50,743 nt of DNA from Octopus bimaculoides (GCF_001194135.2 NC_068990.1:74547636-74598378); one strand, 5' to 3'. Positions 14,053 to 27,296 are shown, counted from the first letter of the stretch. Numbers and translations are program-made. Notes: generated by a model not told the origin, from the sequence alone.

Positions 14053-14054
<2 letters not shown>
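13683..14054 (+). mobile_element. Non-autonomous Helentron-like element (HINE/DINE-1-like)
   Basis: Starts ttaccccccgaaggcgg, then (GTTT)n and gatggattcggatgaaactttcagg, and ends cttgcgggaagtttgcgctctcttaatgctttt. It has imperfect subterminal inverted repeats and sits in T-rich sequence. The layout is recalled from HINE families. Confidence 0.6.
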
Positions 14055-14086
<32 letters not shown>

Positions 14087-14131
14087 CGTTATCATTATTA
14101 TCATTATTATCATTATTATTATTATTATTAC

Positions 14132-14168
<37 letters not shown>

Positions 14169-14198
14169 GTTATTACTATTATCATCATTATTATTATT

Positions 14199-14368
14199 AG
14201 GCGAGCTGGCGGAATCGTTAGCACGCCGGACAAAATGCTTAGCGGCATTCAGTCCGTTTTTACGTTCTGTGTTGAAATTCCACCGAGGTCGACTTTACCT
14301 TTTATCCTTTCGGGGTTCTATAAAATTAATACGAATTGAGCACTGGAGTCGATGTAATTGATAAGCCC
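14199..14368 (+). mobile_element. SINE group C, 3'-truncated
   Basis: ggcgagctggcggaatcgttagcacgccgg head and gaggtcgactttacctt central module. Confidence 0.85.
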
Positions 14369-14445
14369 ACCACACACACACACACACACGAAAAAAGATA
14401 TCTAGGCTTTGTGCCTACTGGAGACAGGAAAATATTGAAAATGCA

Positions 14446-15050
14446 ATGTACACTTCAGCGTACTATAGAGTGGCGGATAAAAGCAATGACGTTCGTGGGG
14501 AGACTCTGGGCGTCAAAGATGATCAGCTAGCCGTTTTCTTTCGGAGAACTTTCGGTTCAGGCCCGATGGATAACTTCCAGAAAGCACTGGCCTGGCAGTA
14601 TTACCGAGGAACATTGTCGGTTCGAGATAAACTCTACAAGCATGGAAGTGCTGTCAGCAAAGCATGTCCAAGATGTGCGCAGGGGCGACAAAACGGTCCT
14701 GCTCGTACTCGTCAAGTGCGCGTGCATTACTGACCTGTGGGTCTATGTCGAACACCTGCTCTCACGTGTGGACGGGTTCGGCTATCAGTTGAATCCATTG
14801 TGAAGATCACCCGAGCAACTTCTTTCAACCGGAGAGAATAGGCAGTTTTTATATGCCTGGTGGCCATGTTGAAAGTGATCGTATGATGGACGCGATTGAA
14901 GGGGCTGAAGACAAAACACTTTCCTGTGGCCAATCCTCTATCATCTTCTTGAGGTCTGCCTCAAAGAGGAAAATGAGAGTGGAGAGGAAAGTGTTGCCTT
15001 TCAGCCATTGTGTTGAAAGGTGGATCAGAGTGCAACTACGAATGAAGATT
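14446..15050 (+). mobile_element. Decayed L1/Tx1-clade LINE ORF2 C-terminus (zf-RVT/CCHC region)
   Basis: MDNFQKALAWQYYRGTLSVRDKLYKHG...CPRC; after a frameshift DKTVLLVLVKC..ITDLWVYVEHLL; ends RKMRVERKVL...VERWIRV. Confidence 0.75.
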
Positions 15051-15719
15051 TGAGGTTAATGAGGACATCAAAGGTATTTAACTCCCGTATCAGCGTGGTC
15101 AACATCATCGACATCAACAGCATCATAAGCAACGGCAATACCAGTATCAACACCATTCCTAGCATGGTCATCACGACAGACATTATCATCGTCAGCACTG
15201 TCGTCATCATTATTTTTGCCTTTGCCATTATCATCATTCCACTTACACTACCAGCACCATCACTATTATCAACATCATCATCTTCACCACCACCACCACC
15301 ACCACTATCGCTACCGTCACCACTACCGTCATCATAACCTTCTCCTCCCCTCCAGCCCCTCCTACCTCACCCTACCTCTCCTCATTATCGTAGTAATCCT
15401 CGTCATCATGATCATACGTTTTGATATCATGTTTGGTGATTTTTCCTGCATCTGAGATCGATATATCTTCGAAGTCAATTCATTTTCCATTCCTATCTCC
15501 CAGGTGTGGAAGGTCAAGGAAATAAAGGTGTCGCTAAGATAACATAATACATTTCGTTTTCTTTCAATTTCCAATTTTCTTTCCTCTCTTTTCTTTCTTT
15601 TCTCTGCCTTCTTTTCTTCCTCTTTATATTATTATTTAGCTTCAGCCAGTACAGATCGAGCAGACATACGAGATAAGTGATTGTTTTTTTCTTTCCTGCT
15701 TTTTTTTTTCTATTTGCAG

Positions 15720-16154
15720 GGTCTACAATATGTAGTAGTATCCGTGGCTTTTTCAGGCTCTCCTAGATTGGTGTGATTTATGCCAGTAATGTTTCTCTTG
15801 AACTTTTATCAGTCAATGCCAGCGAGAGAGAATTGAGCCAGGAAGGAATTCTCGGGAGCTTTGTATACCGGAAGAGCGAGGGCAATTCAGATTGGTGGCA
15901 GTGGGGTATGGGGGTTCAACATCTGTCTTTGCCCCAAGTTAGATCTGGGACCTGTCAGTGTTATGTTTTGGCTCTCGCTCTCTCCAATGTCTGCATCGAC
16001 TGGATATTTGGGCGGATGGAGGCTCGATGGTGCTGTAGAGCGCTCATTAGTGAAACTAGGATTACTGATGTGGATCTTGATGATGATGATGATGATGATG
16101 ATGCGGTTAATTTTGTTGTGTCTCTTGTCATCAGGAATGCTCGCTTTTCACTCG
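15720..16154 (+). other. Candidate exon of an unidentified host gene (5' UTR plus a signal-peptide-like start)
   Basis: Strong acceptor (long polypyrimidine tract, tttgcag at 15713-15719) and donor TCG|GTGAGG at 16154/16155. The frame from ATG 15963 ends in LLMWILM(8)RLILLCLLSSGMLAFHS. No homolog recognised. Confidence 0.25.
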
Positions 16155-16568
16155 GTGAGGAAACGAAGCTACTTGGCCTTAGAGTTTTTTGGGGGGTCTC
16201 CCTCTGAACTTTATTGATTATCATTAATTGAAAACAATTGAAGACAAGCAAAGTTGAGCTCAGCAGAATTCGAATTCAAAATTTCGAAAATCAGAATAAA
16301 TACTGCAAAATATTTTCCGGTGCTCTTCCTAACTTGCAGCTTAATAAAAAGGAATGTAAAATAGCTAAATACGTAAATGCGACTGAAACAAATACAAAAA
16401 CAATCGGAGAAGACAGATAGGGTTTACTGGAAAGTATGATGGAGCAAGGATGTACGTGTGTATATCTTTGATCCTGTCTTTGCGACTGTGTATGTGTGAT
16501 TTTATGCATGTGGATGTGGTTCGTCTCCGTGTGTATACTAGTACTTTTGTATATTTGTTTGTGACTGA

Positions 16569-16760
16569 CCACCGCTTGACAGCCGGTGTCGGTGTGTTTA
16601 CGTACCCGTAACTTAGCAGTTCGGCAAAAAGAGTACCGACTGAATAAGTATCAGGCTTAAATAAAAGTAACTCCTGGGGGTCGATTTGTTCGACTAAAAT
16701 CCTTCAAGGCGGTGCCCAAGCATGACCGCAGTCAAATGACTGAAACATGTAAAAATTAAA
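16569..16760 (+). mobile_element. SINE group B, 3' module
   Basis: accgcttgaca...cgtaacttagcagttcggcaaaa...cagtcaaatgactgaaac. Confidence 0.85.
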
Positions 16761-17227
16761 AATAGAAGCTATTACAACAATGCTGTTGCTAACGACGATG
16801 CAGCTGTAAATAACGTTTCAGCTTTTTGAGGCGATTTCAGAAGTCATGGCCCACCATGCCATTTATTTATTTGTTTATTTCATTTTAGGTTATCTTATTT
16901 ATGTGATCGATCTCAGTCGTACCTCGATTCTCGTGTATGGTTTATCGTACGGAGCTCATAATAGGCAGCAACATTTAAAGTGGGACCTTACAAATGTAAA
17001 GAAAATACTCTTAATATCAGGATCCCTGGACAGGAATGTTCTAAGGAACCATGAGCACATTCTACGGTTCATATTGATTTTATAGTTGTTGAACACGCTT
17101 TAGTTTTGCTTGTTGTCTAGTTATATACAAGACTGATGTTATTTGATGCTACGTGCAACTCGGCCGAGGGTAGAGAATATAGCATTTTATATATAGCCTC
17201 CTTCTCTATTTTACCCCCTCCTCAATT

Positions 17228-17443
17228 AGTGGTTTCAAATTTTGGCACAAGGCCATCGCGTTAGGTGGAAAGGGTAATTTGATTACATTGACGCCATAGT
17301 TCAACTGGTACTTATTTTATCGACCCCTAAAGGATAAAAGGCAAAGTCGACCTCGGCGTAATTTGAACTCAGAACCTACAGACAGGCGAAATGCCTTTAA
17401 GCATTTTACCCTGTGTGCTAAGGCTTCTGCCAGCTCACTGCCC
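17228..17443 (-). mobile_element. SINE group C
   Basis: Homologous to 37278-37494 (ggcaaagtcgacctcggcg...tttgaactcagaac). Confidence 0.85.
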
Positions 17444-17595
17444 TATCTTTTCCATCCTCACTTATTAGCATGTTTTTTTTTTGTTGTTTTGCTTTTTCTT
17501 GTTTGGTTTTCGCCCATCAACTAACAGCGTATAGATCGTATTGGTATTCTGTTTAGTCGCATATTTCCTTAAAGACTTTCTGGAGATTTGAGTCA

Positions 17596-17892
17596 CCAGC
17601 ATTTTATAATACTATCTTTGATGGCATTACCAATGTCATTTATGTAAATAATAAACAAAAATGGCCCTAGCACAGTACCCTGTGGGACAGCTCTAATGAC
17701 TTTCACTGGTCTTGAGTAAATTCCATCGATCACATGTTGCGTTCTGTTTGGCAGGAAACATTTAATCCGCTGCAGTAGCTTTCCACAGACTTCTATGTTG
17801 AATAATTTCTTTAGCAGATTTCTGTGGTGGACTCCGTCGAAGGCTTTACTAAAGTCACGATAGATGACATCTGTATTATAACCCTCTTCCAT
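17596..17892 (-). mobile_element. CR1/L2/Jockey-group LINE reverse transcriptase fragment
   Basis: DVIYRDFSKAFDGVHHRNLLKKL...NRTQHV...VPQGTVLGPFLFIIYINDI are canonical RT motifs; the fragment stops before the YADD motif. Confidence 0.9.
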
Positions 17893-18170
17893 ACATACAT
17901 GCAAAGAAATATATCGATATTTATAAGGTGCAGTTAATTACTTGTCCATTAATAAATACGTAAATATGGATACAGTATAAAGTTAAAAACGTACATACAT
18001 ACATACATACATACATATGTTCGTATGGAGATATATGTATTTTTACTATTAATATATAGATACATTTCTGCATATCAACATAAAAATGTACAACGTACAA
18101 ACAGTGACTAAGCATACAGTCGTACGAAACAAATACCCTATCCCACACACATACAGACACATTCATACGT

Positions 18171-18207
<37 letters not shown>

Positions 18208-18406
18208 GCACACACGTAAACGCAAGCATAAGTACGTGGTAACTTGCCTTTTATTTTGAAGCAGTTTAATGAAAGCTGCTCACTTTCCACAGTTAATTGC
18301 CTGTCACGATGAGCAGAAGATAATCAATAGCTGTTTTAACTAACTTCCATTTGACTAACCTTGAATCTCTCTCTTTCTCTCTCTTTCTCTCTCTTTCTCT
18401 CTCCTT

Positions 18407-18468
<62 letters not shown>

Positions 18469-19125
18469 ACANNNNNNNNNNNNNNNNNNNNNNNNNNNNN
18501 NNNNNNNNNNNNNNNNNNNNNNNNNNNNNNNNNNNNNNNNNNNNNNNNNNNNNNNNNNNNNNNNNNNNNNNNNNNNNNNNNNNNNNNNNNNNNNNNNNNN
18601 NNNNNNNNNNNNNNNNNNNNNNNNNNNNNNNNNNNNNNNNNNNNNNNNNNNNNNNNNNNNNNNNNNNNNNNNNNNNNNNNNNNNNNNNNNNNNNNNNNNN
18701 NNNNNNNNNNNNNNNNNNNNNNNNNNNNNNNNNNNNNNNNNNNNNNNNNNNNNNNNNNNNNNNNNNNNNNNNNNNNNNNNNNNNNNNNNNNNNNNNNNNN
18801 NNNNNNNNNNNNNNNNNNNNNNNNNNNNNNNNNNNNNNNNNNNNNNNNNNNNNNNNNNNNNNNNNNNNNNNNNNNNNNNNNNNNNNNNNNNNNNNNNNNN
18901 NNNNNNNNNNNNNNNNNNNNNNNNNNNNNNNNNNNNNNNNNNNNNNNNNNNNNNNNNNNNATATATACATACATATATATATATATCGAGAGAGAGAGAG
19001 AGACCGCGAGAGATGGTGGTGGATAGATAGACAGATAAAATAGAATAGATGGATAGATAGATACATACATGCATGCATACATACATATATACAAACATAC
19101 ATACATGCATACATACATACATACA

Positions 19126-19157
<32 letters not shown>

Positions 19158-19825
19158 GAGACAGACAAAAAGACAGATAGATTGATAGATTTTAAGAAAG
19201 CAATAGGGAAGAGAAAATAAGATCACGTGGTTCGGTACACAGATAGCTAGAGATGGGAAAAGGAAACTTAGAAGAAAGTATCAGAGAGAATGGAAAGAAA
19301 AAAATTCCTTGATAAATATGCAGACCATATTTCAGGAAAGATTGAGGAAACGTGGGAATGTAAATAGTAAAAGGTGTGCGTTTATTTAGCGTGTGAGTCA
19401 GAATTTGGTTAGATTCATATTCCTGATTAATCAATGGTGAGAGTAGAGAATATAGATCGACGACCTTGCAAGAGACGTCGTAAAATGAAGGTTCTTAAGT
19501 TATCGTTATTTGACATGTAATCTGAGGGAAGAATAAAGACAGACGACACCGTTTCTCTTTTTCAAAATAGAATTCCCCAAAAGAAATACGTTAAAAAAAA
19601 AAGATTGACAAAGAGGAAATCTAAAAGAGGAGATGAAGCGTTGAGGAGTAAAGATATATGCAATATATATAAAATGTTACTCGGAGTAAGTGGTACAGAA
19701 ATGGAGAAAGAGTCAGTAATACAGAGAAAGGTTAAGAAGCAAAATAAAAATTTATATCGAAAAAAAGATGCATATGCACACATCTATGCATACACATATA
19801 CATATATAAGTACGTGTATATATAC

Positions 19826-19870
<45 letters not shown>

Positions 19871-20008
19871 NNNNNNNNNNNNNNNNNNNNNNNNNNNNNN
19901 NNNNNNNNNNNNNNNNNNNNNNNNNNNNNNNNNNNNNNNNNNNNNNNNNNNNNNNNNNNNNNNNNNNNNNNNNNNNNNNNNNNNNNNNNNNNNNNNNNNN
20001 NNNNNNNN

Positions 20009-20127
20009 TCGTAAAGGATGAGTGGTATATTCGACTTCGGCGGAATTTTAGCTTAGAATTTTAAGACGGACGAAATAATGCTAAGCATTTTATCCGGCGT
20101 GCTAATGATTCAACCAGCACGCCGCCT
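20009..20127 (-). mobile_element. SINE group C, head half
   Basis: ctaagcattttatccggcgtgctaatgattc...gccgcct. Confidence 0.75.
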
Positions 20128-20135
20128 ATAATATA

Positions 20136-20266
20136 GAAGAAGAAGAAGAAGAAGAAGAAGAAGAAGAAGAAGAAGAAGAAGAAGAAGAAGAAGAAGAAGA
20201 AGAAGAAAAAGAAGAAGAAGAAGAAGAAGAAGAAGAAGAAGAAGAAGAAGAAGAAGAAGAAGAAGA
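20136..20266. repeat. (GAA)n tract of about 130 bp
   Basis: Near-pure GAA run. Confidence 0.95.
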
Positions 20267-20267
20267 C

Positions 20268-21332
<1,065 letters not shown>

Positions 21333-22358
21333 TAATTGGAACTGTGTCTTAATGACTTTCAAATGTTGGAAAGTTAATATAACGACTTGTTCATCAATAT
21401 TGTTCTGAGCTAAAATTAGTAACAAAGTCTGACGTTGTATGGCTATGAGACTTTCAAAAGTTAATAACACTGGATAAAGTGAAATTAATTAAACGAAAAA
21501 ATATATAATTAAATTTTGAATGAATTGGGGAAATTAATTGTTACTCATTTTGGACTATTATCTTCTGTAGCAACACAGGAAAGGTTATTGTGAATAATGC
21601 CTTTAGCACGGTAGGATATTGGTTATTGAGAATGAGATTATGGAACCAAGGAAAGAATTGACCTACAACGGTTCTGGAAACATTGTTACAGAGGAAGCCA
21701 CTAAAAATCTTCGTAGTGAAACTGGTATCAAATATTTACAATATGAAACTTTCTCTCTCTAAAGAGATGATAATGTGTTCTTGACAGTAGTATTGATATA
21801 GAAATTGTAGTGATTATTACAAGATTTTCTAAAATCATTAAAAATACATTTACCGAGACTAAACGCCAAAATCACGTCCCATTTTCTCCATCAATTATGA
21901 ATTGTTACATTCACAACTTTATTTTACTAAAATTCATCTCATTAAGAATTCATACTGTAAGAACGTTAAGTAAGAAGTGTCACAAATTCTCACAAATTCC
22001 TTTCAAAATATTGGAAATATCTAGAAGTAATTCCAATAAACTAATATTGAAATAAGAAAGATATAAAAGAATTTATGGTAAAAGCATTCTTAAAAGTTTC
22101 ATAATTCATTAACTAATACACTTTTGGAGATATTTTCACGTTGAGTTGAGTCTTTTAGAGTTTGAGCTTAACATTTCTTTGATCGGTTACTCTGTGGATA
22201 TTCTAAGAATTATATAAATATTACATGCCAGCCAAAATGTAATAAATTACGTTGCTAAGCTACGTATTGTTAGCAACTTGGAACTTTGTTCCATTGATCA
22301 TTATTTCACCTGTTATCAACAGGTATGTGTTATTTATCAAACGTAATTACCTTCATAG

Positions 22359-22497
22359 GTAGAAGTGTGGTCAAATTGTTAAGAAGTGTCTTTGCAGTCA
22401 TGAGGTCCGAGTTTCGATGTCATTGCTTTAGTATCTTATAAAAGTGTCAGTTACTGTAGCCTCGAGTGAACGCCAGGTTTGCGAATGAAATTGGTAA
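22359..22497 (+). mobile_element. Highly diverged SINE group B-like head
   Basis: Weak collinearity (aagtgtc, actgtagcctcg, gaatgaaattggta) with 49301-49440. Confidence 0.4.
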
Positions 22498-22818
22498 TGA
22501 CCCTCTTTGGTCATGAATAACCATGGGATTGCGCCTAGAAAGTTCCCTTCCGAGGCACAAGTGCTGGCAAGGTTGTTTATGAAAGACTAATAGTCTCCCA
22601 TGCATACCAGTCTCCCCCTCTCCACGCCATTGACATTATGCAAGAGAAAGATAAAAGCCGACACAGCTTCGTACCAGCGACGTCGCAACTCATTTTTACG
22701 CTGAGTGAACTGGAGCAACGTGAAATAAAGTGTCTTGCTCAAAAAACACAACACACAGTCCGGGAATCGAACTCACTACCTCACCATTGTGAGCCAGACA
22801 CTCTAACCACTGAGCTAT
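22498..22818 (-). mobile_element. SINE group A variant with an alternative 3' body
   Basis: Head and CORE-like part match group A (gagcaacgtgaaataaagtgtcttgctca); 22498-22690 differs from the group A body. Confidence 0.75.
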
Positions 22819-23299
22819 GAAACCTGTGTGAAAATCCCGTTGGTTGGATTGTACATGTTATTCGAAGGTTTAACATAACACAATGTGTCATACTTATTTT
22901 GCATATAGATTACGTTAAGGCTAAATTCACCTGAAGAGTATTCATCTACTTACGGGTTAATTAATTAAGTCATTCAGATTATCCAACAAGTGAATACTCA
23001 TCGACGAAAGACCAACGGAGATCAGAATACATTGTTTTAATTATGTATGTCTCGAAACTTATTTCAGAAATTATCTTTATTTATAATTGGCTTCTTGCAA
23101 AAGATCAGTCTTATACATCTTAGAGGGCTTGTAGCCAATCGTAGACATTCTATCGATCACAATACCTAACTGGTACTCATTTTATCGAACTTAATGGTGA
23201 AGGGAAAAAGTTAACCTCGCATGATAAAATGCTTTGATGAGATCTCCGGCCCTCCAAAAATACTATCGAGAATGCTTTCTCATTACGAAAACCTTGCAA

Positions 23300-23772
23300 C
23301 GCCTGAATTTATCGTCAATAGTGTTATCTGGAATTGCTGGGTGTTTCGACTTTTCTCACAATTAGAGCAGCAACAAACTTTGTGATCCAGTTCGGGTTGA
23401 CCAGGCCACAGATCGTCTCCAGTAAGAACCTCTTCTAAGGTTTTCACTTCCTCAGCCACAGCCACCTTAAAGTAGTCTATAATGCCGCTGTAGCTAACTT
23501 GATAGTCTTCTGCCTACAAGTCTGTACAATGTCCAGTACGTTCTAAGGTTTTGCAAATAAGCTTTTCTGCAAACACTGTGCATTCCACCTCGATGGGATC
23601 ACACTTTACCATAATAACTTTACCTGATCAGTCTAATCTTGCTTTCTCTTCTCACTTGACTCCTCAATACGGTCTTCCCAGGTAATACTACATTTAAAGA
23701 GAACCACCAGTGAGGTTGCTTCCGAGATCATAAGAACCATGTCTGAGTTTGGCGATGTTGTAGTGACAATAG
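23300..23772 (-). mobile_element. HERO-like RLE non-LTR retrotransposon, 3' fragment
   Basis: Coding remnant 23444-23772 reads IVTTTSPNSDMVL...ITWEDRIEESSEKRK...CDPIEVEC..FA...LRWLWLRK*, matching the recalled RPD..L..PWE.RIEE / PIEVGCRGF / WLWL motifs. The UTR contains cgaaacaccc. Confidence 0.7.
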
Positions 23773-24291
23773 TATTCAGTATAGAAAATTTTATGCTTTC
23801 ACTTTTCGTTGTTTGCCTTGAGCAAAGTTTAGGGTACCACCATTAAGAGTTAGAGCCGAGCATATCAACACCAGTATTTATTTTAGTCTGATACTAGTTT
23901 CATTTATCTGTTTGTTGGACAATTAAGTTGTGAGTCATTATTGTACACGAGATAAATATCAGTTTTTTTTCGGTAAGTGTAAGTGTAAAATATATATACT
24001 AACAAGTATATTTACAAGTCAATATTGCGTCTTATCTTGTGTTAGCAGTGCAAATTATGACGTGGTGCTGATGACGGAGCAATAACTTTTGAAATATGCA
24101 TGTACAACCATTACCTAACTTTCTATTTTCGATCACATTGTTAACATAGACGTATTCTTTAATGAAACATCATAACTTACATAGAAATATATATGCATAT
24201 CACAAAGTTTTCTTTGGCTGAAGATCGCTAGGAATCATGAAGTAGCACATAATGTTGATTCTTCGAATGTAATTTTTTAAATATTTAATTC

Positions 24292-24336
<45 letters not shown>

Positions 24337-24341
<5 letters not shown>

Positions 24342-24915
24342 ATCGCCAAGCTAACATGGCAGTCCAGAAAGATAGGACGAAAGCTGCCGTTGATGAGCTC
24401 CAAGAGGCCATTGCCTCTAGCTAAATATGTGTCACACAAACTTATGTCCATTACAACCTTCGAACAGGGGAGCATTCATCCTATTTTTCTGGACTGCCAT
24501 GTTAGCTTGGTGATAACTATTAATACTCAGTACTGCTGCCGTAGTCTCCTTTAGAGAGATTTAGAAATAATAACATTTCTACTTTTGAAAACCACTGAAT
24601 ATATATAAACCTTCGAACAGACAGTCAACAGCGACACCTGCTAGGTTCGACTACTTCACATTGATAAAGGGCAAAAACCCTGAAACTAGCCTGTGGATGT
24701 CTGAAACATCATGGGGAAGCTGATGACCTCTCCTGTTCGAAGGTTGTAATGGACACAGGTTTGTGTGTCACAAAGCTAGCTAGAGGCGATGGCCTCTTGG
24801 AGCTAATCAACGGCAGCATTCGTCCTATTTTTCTGGACTGCCACGTTAGCAGGCGATAACTATTATTACCCAGTACTGCTGCCGTAGTCTCCTTTCGAGA
24901 GATTTAGAAATAATA
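24337..24915 (+). mobile_element. Penelope-like pseudo-LTR remnant with inverted and tandem partial copies
   Basis: 24337-24468 is the reverse complement of 24732-24862. 24471-24575 directly repeats about 24813-24913. A hammerhead-like motif lies at 24655-24697. Confidence 0.6.
24655..24697 (+). ncRNA. Degenerate minimal type I hammerhead ribozyme
   Basis: TTCACA-TTGATAA-AGGG caaaaa CCCT-GAAA-CTAG C C-TGTGGA: stem I 6 bp, stem II 4 bp, U3/A8 core, palindromic stem III with C in place of U16.1. Confidence 0.55.
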
Positions 24916-25158
24916 ATAATAATAATAATAATAATATATGTGTGTGTGTATCTATATCTATCTATCTATCTATCTATCCATCGATACACACACAAACACA
25001 CACACAGAAGGTGAGAGTTGATAGTGGGATAAGAAAAACAAAGCGACAGAGAAAGTTCTACAAGGAGCCATGCAGTGGATCGTAACCATTACTACTTGGT
25101 TGCTTCGCATACATACATACATACATACATACATACACACACATACACACATAATATA

Positions 25159-25195
<37 letters not shown>

Positions 25196-25844
25196 NNNNN
25201 NNNNNNNNNNNNNNNNNNNNNNNNNNNNNNNNNNNNNNNNNNNNNNNNNNNNNNNNNNNNNNNNNNNNNNNNNNNNNNNNNNNNNNNNNNNNNNNNNNNN
25301 NNNNNNNNNNNNNNNNNNNNNNNNNNNNNNNNNNNNNNNNNNNNNNNNNNNNNNNNNNNNNNNNNNNNNNNNNNNNNNNNNNNNNNNNNNNNNNNNNNNN
25401 NNNNNNNNNNNNNNNNNNNAATGATTTCTAGCTTATCTTTCTCTTCCCTTACTGTAGTCTGATGAAAATCTATGTCAGTAATAATTGATATCTTCTTCTC
25501 GCCAAAGTACACCACTCTTTGCTCTTTATAATATTTAACTCTCCTAGTTATTTCAATTCTCCACGGAGGACTGAAAAAGCTACATCATGAAATTAAATGA
25601 ATGAAAAATTTTCTTTAATGACTATTGATTTTTAACAAACCCATTGTCACACATTTTGGGTGAAAGGTACAGTTGATTATATTAATTCAAGCGAATGAGA
25701 TTTTTTTTTTCATAAATTCTAGTACGATTTGAACAGAGAACTCAAAGCAACATAACCAAGTACAGCTAGGTATTCTGCTTGGCGTTCTACGCAATCTGTC
25801 ATCCTTCGATCTCTGAATGTGTTGCCAATATTAAAGTTAAGTTT

Positions 25845-26150
25845 AAGGCGGCGAGCTGGCTGAATAATTAGGACGGCGCGCAGAATGCTTAGCGGCATTT
25901 CGTCCGAATTTACGTTCTGAGTTCAAGTTCGCTCGAACTTGACTTTGCTTTTCATCCAATCGCGATCGATAAAATAAGTACCACTTGAGCCCTGGGGTCG
26001 ATGTAGTCGACTTACTGCCTCCCACGAAATTGTCGGCCTTGTGTCAACATTTGAAACCGATGTTTCGAAATTGCTAAGGTGACGAGCTGGTTGAATCGTT
26101 AGAACGCTTGGTAAGACGCTTAGTTTTGAGTTCTGAGTTCAAATTCCGTC
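25845..26150 (+). mobile_element. SINE group C (25845-26058) followed by a second, internally deleted head (26074-26150)
   Basis: aaggcggcgagctggc head, ctggggtcgatgtagtcgact, tail ggccttgtgtcaacatttgaaacc. Confidence 0.85.
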
Positions 26151-27237
26151 AATTCAAGAAAATTCTAAGTAAAATTAAAACAGAAATTAATTTTTAAAAA
26201 TAATAAGTGGTGTACGAAGTAATTAATTTTACGCTGTAAAAAAAAAAAAAGGAAAAGAATTCAACACTCATGCGTAAACTTTTCGTGAAGGAAAACAACG
26301 ACTGATAAAAAGAAGAACGTTCCATATTGTGGGTTAAATGACGACATTCTAAGATCCTGGATAGTGAATTCATGTCGTTTGTCGACTAATCGACTTAGCG
26401 ACCTCCTAACAATATTCCCTGTAATAAACAAGTGTTAAGTTCAGAGCAAGAATAAAAGGAACTAATTCTGAACCAAAAGCAATTCATAAGAACTCTAAAG
26501 CTTAATGAAATATTTTTTAAAGAATTTAAATACAACAAATTTTGTTAGAAATAATTTTTAATGAAACAAGATTTATCAAAGAACGAAACTAAAACGTTTT
26601 AGATTTCGTAAATAATCTCCTATAAACCTGAAACACATGTTTATGTAGATGTGCAGTGTAATGGGCGTACGCACTTTGCATTGCTACATACATACACACA
26701 CACACCTAACACTTTCTTTCAAATCGGCAAACATATTGATACTGTGGAATTCATTAGTAAATAATGACTCATTTCGTTAACCAGATAACCAAAGATCAGT
26801 GGTTTCTTTACATGCAAGAAGTCTTCATTTGATATAATGACTACCAATTAACTGTGAACAATAAATGATAGAGTTTATGCTGTAACTAGAAAAATAGTGT
26901 CCTCTGTATCTGGAAATGTCAGTCTATTGTGAACATCTCACAATAATGGATGGAGCAGAGATCTGGCATACGAAAACACGCTTCAATTATATGATTTCCT
27001 TTCTTGTTGCAACCGATGCATAGTTGTATGTATGTGTGTGTGTGTGTGTGTATCTGTGTGTGTGTGTTTGTGCGTGTATATGTGTGTGCGCGCGCGTGTG
27101 CACGTGTGTGTGTTTGCATGTGTTTACACATACATATGTATATTTTGAATTTATGTATGTATATTATATAGAGAGGAGAGAGGAAGGGAGAGAGAGACAG
27201 ACAGACAGATTGATAGACTGATAGACAGACAAACAAG

Positions 27238-27294
<57 letters not shown>
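27238..27294. repeat. (GATA)n microsatellite
   Basis: Direct inspection. Confidence 0.95.

Positions 27295-27296
<2 letters not shown>

Noticed and set aside
15400-15510. Minus-strand segment reading IDFEDISISDAGKITKHDIK before a GTATGA donor (EF-hand-like)
   Set aside because: There is an in-frame stop just upstream, no proper polypyrimidine tract at the nearest AG, and the EF-hand spacing is not met.
21568-21612. Possible 40-nt exon (NTGKVIVNNAFST)
   Set aside because: Modest splice signals, no recognisable homology, and consistent with chance.
22995-23065. gacga-aagac...gtct-cgaaac hammerhead-like string
   Set aside because: The core is corrupted and no stem I or stem III pairing could be drawn.
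24339-24517. Apparent TA-flanked MITE with ~45-bp TIRs
   Set aside because: The hairpin is better explained as the junction of an inverted and a direct partial copy of the larger 24576-24915 unit. It is kept only as the alternative hypothesis.
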